DNA of 64,000 nt from Octopus bimaculoides (Eukaryota): positions 33,267,652 to 33,331,651 of the forward strand of contig NC_069001.1 in assembly GCF_001194135.2 (NCBI RefSeq), read 5' to 3'. Of the stretch, positions 37,300-49,130 are shown in pieces. Each line of letters starts with the position of its first letter. Within the stretch, counting starts at the first letter, position 1. Under the pieces are notes generated by a model, which ran no database searches, was not told the DNA's origin, and saw only the letters and a program-made list of their open reading frames with translations. A program made the position numbers and the translations under genes.

Positions 37300-37720
37300 C
37301 CATAATGTTTTGTTGTTTGCACTCTAAGACCATTCTTCCAGATTTGGAAATTTGTCATCAGTTTCTCAGCAGATTCTGTGATGTTAACCAGACTGTTGTC
37401 TTTTATCTTCAAAATATTCAAAATATTCCTCACTCTTTTCCCAACAAATCCTAATCTTTCTTAGAGAATCCTCATTTGTGATTTAAACAGCTTTTAAAAG
37501 CCATTCATCTCTACATAGTTCTCTTAACCCCTCCAAGAATATAAATCACTACTTTCTTTGAGTTCTGTTGATTCATATAAACTTTTGAACACTGTCAAGA
37601 TCTTTCACCAACTCAAAGACAATAAATTAAAATATTTGTTCTCCACCACAAGAAGTTTCTGTTGATTCATGACCTAATCCAACTAAAACTGCATCTTATC
37701 CTAGATAGCCCTTCGTCGCA
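37300..37720 (-). pseudogene. Highly decayed RTE RT fragment
   Basis: FIVFELVKDLDSV (~37588-37626, AFVDLEKAFDRV-like) and LVNITESAEKLMTNFQIWKNGLRVQTTK (37308-37391, post-YADD-like), in the correct order on the minus strand. Confidence 0.55.
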
Positions 37721-37811
37721 TTAAATTTACTGAAAGTGTCTCAACAATTTTCAAAACTTGATCTGTCAATTTAAGTCCTCCATAAGTGTTCTTTTCCGGG
37801 CTTTGCATGGA

Positions 37812-37855
<44 letters not shown>

Positions 37856-38391
37856 TATCAAGGTCCTACTTACTCCTTTCCTACATCCCATATAAGGCCA
37901 CCTCCTTTATCATGATACATCTTTGCCAGTTTTTATGGATGACACCTTTTTATATTATAAATATACATTAGAGATAGGTAGGATGTGTGTGTACATGTGT
38001 GTGCGTGTGTGTGTGCGTGCGTGTGTGCGTGTGTGTGTAAGATCCTATAGTAAAAGTTATAATAGACAAAGTAATTGTGGTGGTTATTAAATACATCAGC
38101 ACCTGTAACACATTAGAAACAGAACCATCAACTTGCTACAATGTTCAAATATTTCAACTCATTGTTGTCCAGAAGTAGAACTCCAGCTATAATGAGGGAG
38201 CCTCTTTGTGGTTGATTGACCTACCGTTTTATAAACTGATATAATAAAAACACAGGGTGGTTACATCTGGAATACATCTATTGCTATGTGGTTGGTAGGA
38301 AATAATTGGTGTGAAAGCTGGTTATATACACATGAATGTGTAAGTAGATTGGTAGGGAGGGAGGTACATAAGTAAGGTAAGAGATAATTAG

Positions 38392-38433
<42 letters not shown>

Positions 38434-38699
38434 NNNNNNNNNNGAGAGAGAGAGAGCAAGAGAGAGAGAGAGAGAGAGAGCAAGAGAGAGAGAGAGAAAG
38501 GAAGAGAGAGCGATATGCTTGTATGAGCAAGTGTACACATGCCGTGCAGCTTGCACGAAGGCATTTATACATCTATATACGATGATGATGATGATGATCT
38601 GTTAATGGTTATTTCGAATACTTTTCTCACTGTATTGCATGTTCATTTCTTTTTTCGCATCTGTGATTTTATTTTTGATCTTCTCTATAAATGAAGATA

Positions 38700-38935
38700 T
38701 TTCCTTTGTTTTGCTGCTTTTCTTTCTATAAAATTAGAAGATACATTGCGGAACTGTTATTTTAATTAGTCATATCTATTTATTACCTGATGAGACACAT
38801 CTGCACCACCAGATGTTCCTGAACCAGTCGTTAAGTCTCCCACCCGAGAGGGATTGTTGATTGTTGCTAGCTGTGTTGAGACAATTGTTGTGATTAATAA
38901 AGATTCTTGTATATTCTATCTTCTGTCTTTCATTT
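38700..38935 (+). mobile_element. Possible Penelope-like terminal remnant with a decayed hammerhead motif
   Basis: CTGATGA at 38787-93, a 7-bp hairpin, gaaccagtc, then aataaag at ~38896. Abuts (TA)n. Confidence 0.4.
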
Positions 38936-39099
38936 ACCATATATATATATATATANNNNNNNNNNNNNNNNNNNNNNNNNNNNNNNNNNNNNNNNNNNNN
39001 NNNNNNNNNNNNNNNNNNNNNNNNNNNNNNNNNNNNNNNNNNNNNNNNNNNNNNNNNNNNNNNNNNNNNNNNNNNNNNNNNNNNNNNNNNNNNNNNNNT

Positions 39100-39371
39100 A
39101 TAAAGAGAGAAAAGGATAAAGAGAACAATGGCAAAGTTAGCAGTATATTTTATGGATAAAGTCTTACAGCTGTTTCAGGGAAAATCCAATGTATCCCTTC
39201 ATCAGAGACAGAAATAGTAGAGGAATGGATTATTACATCTATAAGAGGAGAGTTGTAGTAGGAAGTGAGAGTAATGTGCTGAAAAAAGAAAGAAGAAATA
39301 GTAGCCGGTGTACAGCACTTACTCGGTATTACCTGTATCTTTGGGTTTGGTTGAATCCAATACCCTTCTTA

Positions 39372-39375
<4 letters not shown>
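39100..39375 (-). mobile_element. Probable Penelope-like terminal remnant between (TA)n tracts
   Basis: Carries the hammerhead motif listed next. Element class is inferred from that motif only. Confidence 0.5.
39161..39209 (-). ncRNA. Minimal type I hammerhead ribozyme motif
   Basis: Minus strand reads GUCU CUGAUGA AGGGA uacauuggauuu UCCCU GAAA C AGCU G UA AGAC. Both core boxes, 4-bp stem I, 5-bp stem II, 2-bp stem III with palindromic loop and a GUA triplet are present. Confidence 0.75.
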
Positions 39376-39409
<34 letters not shown>

Positions 39410-40170
39410 TACAAATATATTTATATATGTACATACCCACACACACACACTCACATAAGAAAATTTAATATAAACAGCTATGCACAATATAAGTTTATAA
39501 AAGAAAAACTTAATCATCACTAATTGTGACTGAGAGTGCTGAAGCCCCCACATTGCAAGAATGTAATTATGTATAATACAAGGTAACCTTGTGTCAATTG
39601 TAAAATTTACATGAATATAATTGGCATTCAATATTTGAAACAAATATATAGAGAGGATTAATGACTTGTATGTTGTGTTTATAATTAGGGACAGTCAGGA
39701 GGCAAACTTTGGGAGAACACTTCTAATTTCGAATTTTGAAGAAAGTTTTAACTTTGTCTTTCATCACTGCAGCTATGATAAAATAGGGATTGGTATTTGA
39801 TGTCATCCTCTATCTCTGGCCCATCCCAAACTTAAACCAATCTTGTAACTCACCACGATGTCATTTAGACTATTCCAATTGTATTTGTATCCATTATTTT
39901 TCATACCAGATGGTCTCATCTGTTATATAATATGCAAGCATTTAATTATATTACTAATTATGTTAGTAATTATACTGATCATAATTGGGACATTATTGAA
40001 GATGTGTGGCCTAATGGTCATGGTCTTTGATTAATAATCATGAAGTCTCTTGTGTTCAATTCATAGCCAGGCAGCACATTGTGTCCTTGGGCAAGATACT
40101 TAGTTTCACTTTGCTCCAGTCTTCTCAGCTGTCCAACCCTCTCTCTCCTTCCAGATGTCACATCCTAGAT

Positions 40171-40285
40171 CTGCATTTCTCAACCGCTTCTTTTTAATCT
40201 ACTAACCCCTTTTGATTCTTTTTTTTTTTACTCAAATGCACCCTCATAGCCATTTGATGTTTAAAAAATCCTATTACATTTTTGT
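40171..40285. mobile_element. hAT MITE, family H1, left part only
   Basis: ctgcatttctcaacc ... ccccttttgattc ... catagccatttgatgtttaaaaaatcctatta. Confidence 0.65.
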
Positions 40286-40302
40286 AATTAATTATTGATT
40301 AC

Positions 40303-40500
40303 AAATTTTGGCACAAGACCAGCAATTTGGGGGGAGGGGTAAGTCAATTACATCAATCCCAGTGCTCAACTGGTTCTTATTTTATCAAAGGATGAAAGGC
40401 AGAGTTGGTCCCGACAAAATTTGAACTCAGAACATGAAGATGGACAAAATACCAGTAAGCACTTTGCCTGTCAACCTAATGATTCTGCAAGTTTGCCTTT
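40303..40500 (-). mobile_element. Family-A SINE
   Basis: ggcacaagacc ... ggatgaaaggcagag ... aatttgaactcaga. Confidence 0.85.
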
Positions 40501-40607
40501 ATAGTTTTTCATATATTTTTATAATTAGCTATCGTTAGGAAACTGACCTTTACGTTCACCGATTCTGGTATTTCTGTGTCAGTTAAGTCATATTTTCATC
40601 TTCTATG

Positions 40608-41006
40608 TTTTATCTTTTACTTGTTTCAGTTATTGGACTGTGGCCATGCTGGGGCACTGACTTGAAGGGTTTAGTCAGACTGACCATAGTACATATTTTT
40701 TAAGGCAGATACTTATTCTCTCAGTTTCTTTTGTTGAACCACTAAGTCATAGGGATCAACACCAGCTGTCAAGCAGTGGCAGGAGACAAACAACACACAC
40801 ACACTTAAACACACACACACAGATACACACACACACACACATGTGTAAAGAGAAAAAGAGACGACAGGCTTCCACATAGTTTCCATCTACCAAATTCAAT
40901 CACAAAGCATTGGTTAACCTGTGGTTATAATAGCAGACTCTTACCCAGGACTGAACCTGAAACCACGTGATTACAAAGTGAGCTTCTAAACCACACAGCT
41001 ATGCCG
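40608..41006 (-). mobile_element. Family-B SINE, full length
   Basis: ttttatcttttacttgtttcag..tgtggccatgctgg ... (CA)n ... aaccacacagctatgcc. Confidence 0.88.
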
Positions 41007-41405
41007 ATATTTTCTCCTCAAGAAATCACAGTATTCGCCATTGATGTAAGCATTCATGGTGATAATTAATTACAAATAGATGTTCCTTTGGTTGACACCA
41101 CTCAATCACAATGTCTTTCTTGTATTCTGATAGGAATTATTTATATGCTATGGTGTTTAATTATGGTTTAATAGAAATTTTGGAAAGAATTAGCAAGAAA
41201 TATGTAAACTCAATGACCCATTCTCTTAGTCACAAATTAGTGTGATTAATTATGAAAATAAGGTAATGGAGTGCAAAGTCATGAATCATGAGATAACATC
41301 TAATATACATTTCCCTTTTTAAACAATATATTCACTTCTGTATGTTTTGGTTTGGTTTATAGCTGTTTGGGAATAGACATATAAAATTTTTGGTAAAATT
41401 TTGTT

Positions 41406-41605
41406 CCAAATTTCGGCACAAAGTCAGCAATTGTGGGGGTGGGTGAAAGTCAATTACATCAACCCCAGCATTCAACTGGTACTTATTTTATTGACGGCAA
41501 AAAGATGAAAAGTAAGGCTGATTTTGGCAGCATTTGAACTTAGGACATATAATCCAAAGAAATGCAGCTCGGCATAATCAATAAGGATTCCACCAGCTCA
41601 CTGCC
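41406..41605 (-). mobile_element. Family-A SINE (decayed)
   Basis: ggcacaaagtc ... actggtacttattttattgac ... atttgaact. Confidence 0.75.
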
Positions 41606-41832
41606 TCAACCCTTTAGCACTCGCATTATCCTGTCAAAAGTAATGCTAGTTTATTCATATTATTTTTAATTACACATTTATTATCTTGTAGCTTTGAGAT
41701 TTTGATGAGATAAATGTTAATTTTTAGAATGACATTATAGAGTTGGTGTAAGAGATTAGACCTGGCCACTTTCTACATAAAACAGGTAGAATATTTTGGC
41801 CAGATATACTGGTTTAAATGCTAAAGGGTTCA
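41606..41832. mobile_element. piggyBac-like MITE, family P1 (reverse orientation)
   Basis: tcaa-ccctttagcact ... aatgctaaaggg-ttca. Confidence 0.85.
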
Positions 41833-42062
41833 ATCTTCTGTAAATATTGTCTGCAATGATACTGGACTCCTGAGAAGCTTTATTTGCGACAGTTGACTTG
41901 CACAAAATAGCAATGAAGTTGCCTTCAAATTATACTTTACTATCTTAATTAAGGAAAGGACACATTGTATAATGTTGTTCTGCATACTTCTGACATGTCA
42001 GAGTGGATACTGCTGAAAACTCTTTCGTCACAAGACTGATTTGCAACAGTTCACCTGGAGGT

Positions 42063-42290
42063 TTAACCCTTTTCATACCAACCTGTGTGAAACTGTCACT
42101 TGTTCTATAATATTAACTTCCTGTGTTAAAGTAATCTAAATTAAAACCTTCCATCAAGACTCCATGTTAATTTCTGTTCCAGATACCTGCTGAATGATGA
42201 CAGTTATTTCAATAAATTCTTCATCATTTTCAAGATTAACTGAAACAAAAGCAGGGCATTTTGACTGAAATATAGTTACAAACAGTTTGG
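42063..42290. mobile_element. piggyBac-like MITE, family P2
   Basis: ttaa-cccttttcatacc start. Interior is the reverse complement of 32780-32971. Confidence 0.65.
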
Positions 42291-42473
42291 ACAGCAACAA
42301 ACCAAAATGGTTATTTGAATAACTAGAAATAGCAGCTGAATCCCTACCTTAAAAAAGAAAGACACATTAAGTAATATAATCTACTGCTTGAAAAAAAAAA
42401 AATGAAGATAAGATGGTCACAGCTGAAATAATTTGGGATCATAGGATCTTGTATGATCAGGGCTTATATGTAA

Positions 42474-42517
<44 letters not shown>

Positions 42518-43432
42518 GCGGCGGCAGCAGCAGCAGCAGCTCTTCAATCTTTTGTTTACAAAATGCTTCATCCAGGGAACAGAATGCTGAAACCAGTGCC
42601 GGGTTCAATTCATTCAACTAAAAATTCATCAAGGTGGTGCCCCAGCATGGCCACAGTCTAATGACTAAAACAAATTAAAGAATAAAAGATCAAAGAGATC
42701 AACCCTACTAAGCATTTTGTTTCACGCGCTAACAATTCAACCAGCTTGCTACCTTCTAGATACCTGAAAAAACTGAAAAAAGCAAAGAACGATAAAAAAG
42801 AAAAATGGATGAGACGATCAAGGCTGGAATATCTTTGAACACAGGTCATGTCACTAAGAGTTAACTTGAGGGCTGAACAACTATATGTTTCTCATCTAAA
42901 TATGATAATTTTATCTAAAATTTTCAAGAAACTTGTCTCCGTTTCTTTATTTATATATTTGTCTTTGAAATTCTTCAACATATTTTGTATAAATGAAGTG
43001 TAAAACAATTAGGAAAAAAAAAATGCTGACAAAAGTGTGTAGAAATGGAAAGAGGCATAAAAGACAGGAAGCGTACCCAGAATATATTGTCCAGTCTTCA
43101 CTTTTTTATTGATTTACTAATAACTTGCTTAAAGGTATAAAGATATTCACAACATCTTTTCCCCTTTCTCTCTCCCTCCTCTTCACTTCACTCCCCCACT
43201 TTCCCTGTTATTTTTTCCTTTCTCTCTCTCCCTTCTACCCCCACCTCCATTTATTGTCCTCTCTCTTTACCTCTTTCAACCACACTCTATCTCTTTCTAT
43301 TCTTTTCTCATAGTTCTGCCTTTTCTTTTGTTTTATCTTTCCTATTTTTTTACTCTCCTCTTTATATAACCAACTACTTCTCTTAATGTGTGTGTGTGTC
43401 TCTCTCTCTCCCTCTCTCTGTCTATCTGCCTT

Positions 43433-43473
<41 letters not shown>

Positions 43474-43483
43474 NNNNNNNNNN

Positions 43484-43517
<34 letters not shown>

Positions 43518-43694
43518 GTACACACACACACACACATACATAGTATATATGCAGATATACACACATATATGTGCATATATATATGTATATATCTTGTTCT
43601 TTCCTTCTCTATCAATGTATACTTTTATTCACTTCTCTCTCTCTCTCTCTCTCTCTTTTTCTATCTCTATCACACTCACTCTCTCTCTCTCTTG

Positions 43695-43772
<78 letters not shown>

Positions 43773-43777
43773 GTATG

Positions 43778-43809
<32 letters not shown>

Positions 43810-44212
43810 CATACATATATTTCTTGTTTTTTCCCTTTCTTTGTCTATCTGTATTTCTATTCTCTCTTCTCCCTCCCTCTCTCTCTGTCTCTCCTTTTCT
43901 CTTTCTCCTCTCACCTCCTCCCCCACCACCACTCAACCAAGAATATCAACTAAATGGAGAATAACTATCATTAGAATACTGAAAAATTTCCCATGTGCTA
44001 TGAAAGCCATCTATCATGGAACTGTATGCTTATGTGTGTGTAGCGTATGTTTAAGTAAGTGTGTGTGTGTGTGTGCCTGTGTGTGTGTATTATGTATGTG
44101 ACTTCCTGCACGTACAGATTTTCCAAATCTAATCTTTTATTCAAACAGACACTCACACACACACACACACACACACACGTATACATATTTGTGTGTGTGT
44201 GAATGTATGTAC

Positions 44213-44254
<42 letters not shown>

Positions 44255-44360
44255 TTATATTATACATACACATACACACAACACCATACAACACAAGATA
44301 TTTGTATGAACATCACTACCACCACCGTTGCCACCACCATGGTCACCAACATCACATCAA

Positions 44361-44422
<62 letters not shown>

Positions 44423-44844
44423 CAGCCATCTACAGCACATGGTAAAAAGCAACAGTGACAACAGAAATCTCAGTATCAGCAGCACCACCACCACCAACAG
44501 CAGCACCAGCAGCATCTGCACACCTGCCACTCCAATAAAATCTCACTACAATTGTTGCAACCACTGACACTACCCCTCATAATCATGAAGATTATTATCA
44601 TAACCACCATCATCAACATTATAACAGTTTCTGATACCAGTGAGAAGGGACCCAAATTTGTAGAAGGTAACATTTAAAAAAACTAACTTCCATGGGTGAC
44701 TATCATTTATTTTCCTTTTATTTGTGCAGGTAACCTATCAACAAGTGCAATAACCTCCCCAAAAAGAATATATATATATATATATATATTATTGTGTCTG
44801 GGGAGAATCATTCTCTTTTAGTGCCTTATATATATTATTGTGTC

Positions 44845-45325
44845 AGGGAGCTGCACCAGGTTCCAATCTGATCTGGCAAGGTTTCTATGGTTGGATGCCC
44901 TTTCTAACACCAACCACTCTGAGAGTGTAGTGTGTGCTTTTTACATGCCGCCGACACAGATGCTATTGACCTGACACCAACATCGGCTACAACTATGGTC
45001 TCACTTGACTTGACAGGACTACATGCATTGCCAAAGGTCTTGGTCACCTGTCACTGCCTTCATGAGGCCCAACGCTTGAACGGTACTTTTTACATGCCAC
45101 CAGCACGGGTGTCAGTCAGACGATCTCACTTGGCCTGACATGTCTTCTCAAGCACAGCATATCGCCAAAGGTCTTGGCCATTTGTCATTGTCTCCATAAG
45201 GCTCAACATTCAGAGACCATGCTTCACCACCTTGTCCTATGTCTTCCTGGGTCTACCTCATCCTCAGGTTCCTTCCACTGTTTGAGTGCAGTACTTCTTC
45301 ACACAGCTGTCCTCATCCATACACA
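44845..45325 (-). mobile_element. RTE LINE 3' end: ORF2 tail plus 3' UTR
   Basis: 45323-45210 translates as MDEDSCVKKYCTQTVEGT*G*GRPRKT*DKVVKHGL (GRPRKTW motif). It is followed on the minus strand by the UTR that also occurs alone at 5228 and 53131. Confidence 0.85.
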
Positions 45326-45344
45326 ATAGAATGTCATAAAAAAA

Positions 45345-46200
45345 CTCTCTGCAGGATTTCTTCTGGCTGTTTACAGTCTGAGTTCAAATCCTGCTACAGT
45401 CTACTTTGTCTTTCATCTTTTTGAGATCAATAAATTAAGTACCAGTTAAACACTGGGGGTTGATGTGATTGACTTAGCCCTCCATTGAAATTGCTGGCCT
45501 TGTGCTTAAGTTTGAAACCATTATTATTATTATTAATTAAGGTAGCAAACTGTCAGAATCATTAGAATGCCAGACAAAAATGCTCCATAGCATTTCGTCA
45601 GTCTTTACATTCTGAGTTCAAATTCTGTTGAGGTTGACTTTGCCTTTCATCCTTGTCAAGGTCAATAAAATAAGTACCAGTTGTGCACTGGGGATCAAAC
45701 TAATTGTGTGTACAGTACAAATGATTATAATCATTATTAAGGATTATTAAGGTGGCGAGCTGGCAAAATCGTGAGCATGCTGGGCGAAATGCTTAACAGT
45801 ATTTCGTCTGTCTCCACATTCTGAGTTCAAATGCCACCAGGGTCGACTTAGCCTTTCATCCTTTAGGGGTCAATGATTTAAGTTCCAGTTACGCACTGGG
45901 GTCGATGAAATCGACTAGCCCCTCCCCAAGAGTTTCAGGCCTTGTACCTATAGTAGAAAGAATTATTAAGGATTATTATCATTATTAATCAAGGCTGTGA
46001 GCTGGACAAAATGCTAAGCAACATTTTGTTTGTCCTTACATTCTGAGTTCAAATTCTGTTGAGGTTGACTTTGCCTTTCATCCTTTCAGGGTTGATGAAA
46101 TAAGTACCAGTCATACACTGGGATTGATGTAATCAACTAGCACCCCCAACCAAAAAAAAAAAAAAATTCAGGCCTTGTGCCTACAGTAGGAAGAATTATT
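45345..46200 (+). mobile_element. Train of four family-A SINEs
   Basis: Copies at ~45345-45520, 45537-45700, 45750-45961 (17-bp TSD attattaaggattatta at 45733-49 and 45962-78) and 45990-46200. Confidence 0.9.
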
Positions 46201-47699
46201 ATGATTATGAACTTTACCTTTCAGTACCAGTTGAGTACCAGAGTTGATAAAAGAAGTACCAGTTGGGTTAATGGAATTGACTTACTCTGACCCCTAAATT
46301 CACTGGTCTTCTTCTGCAAATTAGATAGAATTCTGTTTCTTATTGTTATTTTCATGTTTGCTTTGATTATTTGAGGCAAAGCAAACTGAAATATTGTCTG
46401 TTAGTTTGTATTTGATTTATACTTCCTTTGTTGTTCGTTGTTTCCAACAATAACAACAACAACAACAACAGCAACAACAACAAGTTGTAATCCATCCTGC
46501 ATAGTTCAGTATGTATGTATTCTTGGGGGTGAAGATTTAGACCAGTCAGAGAAGGGGAGAGAGAGAGAGAGGGGGGAAGGAAGAAAGAAAGAAAGTAAGA
46601 AAGAAAATGGTAAAGCATGAAAAAGGAAAGAAAAATGAGAAACAAAGAAAATAAAGTTTGACTCATTAGTTGATTTGGGTATTGTTAAAAAAAAATTTAA
46701 ATAAGAGGGAAAGCAGAAGAGAAACAAAATGAAATTTGCCGGCAAGTTTAGTGCGTTGTGATCTGAAAGGTAAAGAAAAGCAAAGATGGATGAGAAGACA
46801 GGCTATAAAAGTGTAAACAGAAGTATTGATTTGTATAGTTTTGCTTCAATGAACAATCCATTAGTTTNNNNNNNNNNNNNNNNNNNNNNNNNNNNNNNNN
46901 NNNNNNNNNNNNNNNNNNNNNNNNNNNNNNNNNNNNNNNNNNNNNNNNNNNNNNNNNNNNNNNNNNNNNNNNNNNNNNNNNNNNNNNNNNNNNNNNNNNN
47001 NNNNNNNNNNNNNNNNNNNNNNNNNNNNNNNNNNNNNNNNNNNNNNNNNNNNNNNNNNNNNNNNNNNNNNNNNNNNNNNNNNNNNNNNNNNNNNNNNNNN
47101 NNNNNNNNNNNNNNNNNNNNNNNNNNNNNNNNATAATGGAAAAGAATGATCTTATTAATAATGGATTCTTTTAGAATATTTCTAATACAGACACACATAC
47201 TTCTGCATAAAACCTTTTCTTTTCATCTTTTCAGGGTTGGCAAAATAAAGTACCAATCCTATGAAGGGGTCGATTCCTTTTGTCTGTCTTTTGGTAAAAA
47301 ACTAGCTGTGGTTAGACTTAGAGAGAAATGGGCTCCACTATGTCTAGCAACAAAATACCCAAGAAAGGCACCTCCACAGCTCCATCAATAATTGAGTGAA
47401 CAAAGCAGGGTAATATATTCATTTCATATATATATACATATATACTTATATATATATATATATATATATACATACATACTTATACATATATATATATTTG
47501 ATGACTGGATCACTGGCTGGCTGGCTGGATGGATGGGTGGATGGGTGGATATTCTAAGCAAGGAGGATTGTACCCAACAAGATTTTACACTTAAGAAGAA
47601 ATGTATTGTGAACAGCAACCCTGACCCTTTTTTCCATACCTGCCATCTCTGACAGTAACAGAAACTCTGAGAAGCCAATGAGGGATCCACTGTACAGTC

Positions 47700-47878
47700 G
47701 TACAATCTCCCAGAAATAGTAACCAAATTCCCTCAGATCACAATCTTACAGGATGTGCTGGAGATTGTAATTTTAGATGTATAGCTACAGAAAAAAATGT
47801 GGAGCAACAATGGCTAGAATGGCTTTGATCACATATATGCTCAATCAGGGCTGACCTGGGGCTAAACAACAACAATAA
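47700..47878 (+). mobile_element. Family-E repeat
   Basis: agaaatagtaaccaaattccctcagatcac ... caatcagggctgacctggggctaaacaacaacaa. Confidence 0.75.
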
Positions 47879-48029
47879 GAGCTCAGTGAGTTTGAGGGGA
47901 GGGGTTGATGAGTGTTTTGTTTTATTGGCTGGCAGAGTTGAGGTTAATTCTTCTTGTTGGAAAGGAAAAGCTTCTTGTGATTGCCCCTATATCATATCCA
48001 GGTGGCAATTTATCTTGCACCCCACTTCA

Positions 48030-48091
48030 TCATCAACAACAACAACATTATCATCACCATCATCATGGCCGCCGCTGCCACTGCCACCGCC

Positions 48092-48122
<31 letters not shown>

Positions 48123-48390
48123 TTACAGTTATCGTCGTTGTTGTTGTTGCTGTCATTGTCACCATCCTCATCGTCATCATTGTTCTCGTCATCATTGACT
48201 CTGGTATCATTGGTGTCATTGTGATTGTTGTCATCGTCATCATTGTCGTTGTTGTTGTTGTTGTCGTCATTGATATCACTGTTATCATTATCATCATCGT
48301 CATCATAATCATCTTCATCATCGTTATCATTATTGTCATCAACGCTGACGTTGTAACCATCATGATCATCATGATCATCATCAACATCGT
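48030..48390. repeat. Cryptic (CAT/CAA/GTC/GTT)n tract
   Basis: Direct reading. Similar tracts at 44320-44620, 52660-52780 and 58590-59260. Confidence 0.9.
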
Positions 48391-48984
48391 AGGCAAACTC
48401 ATCTCGGAACATTGCCTTCAGATTTACTCCACACCCACCTCTTTGACACCCTTCACCTCTACACAATTTCCTTCAATGTCTGCCATTATTTTCCTCTCCA
48501 TTTTTTCCTTCTAAGATGTTGAAGAGAATCCTCAATAGTTACTATCTTCACTACTTCCAGATCTTTCTTTACATCACATTTAGCCATTTCTTTATCTTTT
48601 TTTAATCTCTATTCTTCTTTCCCAGAAACATGTAAAGAATTTGCATGACAACAACAACATCGACTCTGCTACCCAACATACCAATATCACTACCATTTAT
48701 AAATTACCTCATATGTCATACATGCCATACACTATGCTATACTATTCTGATATAATTTTCATTTTTTTTTCCTTTTCTTTTCTTTTTTGTATCTCATTGT
48801 TTTATTAATATCAGTTCTCGCTGCTACAAACCACATGATGCAAGTGTTATGACATCAAAACTTGTTACTTAGCACAATACACAATAGAGATAAGCACCAG
48901 TCCTGTTCAGTTATGAGATTTATAAAAGAATTAGCTTTCCTTGTTATCATTGTGAATTGTGCATGCATGTGTGTGTGTGTGTGT

Positions 48985-49130
48985 ATTCTGAGTTCAAATT
49001 CTACCGAGGTCGATTTTGTCTTTCATCCTTTCGGGGGTCGATAAATTAAGTACCAGTTGCGTACTGGGGTTGATCTAATCGACTGGCCCCCTTCCCATAA
49101 ATTTTGGGCCTTGTGTCTAGAGTAGAAAAA
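48985..49130 (+). mobile_element. Family-A SINE, 5' truncated, low divergence
   Basis: attctgagttcaaattctaccgaggtcg ... gtctagagtagaaaaa. Confidence 0.9.
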
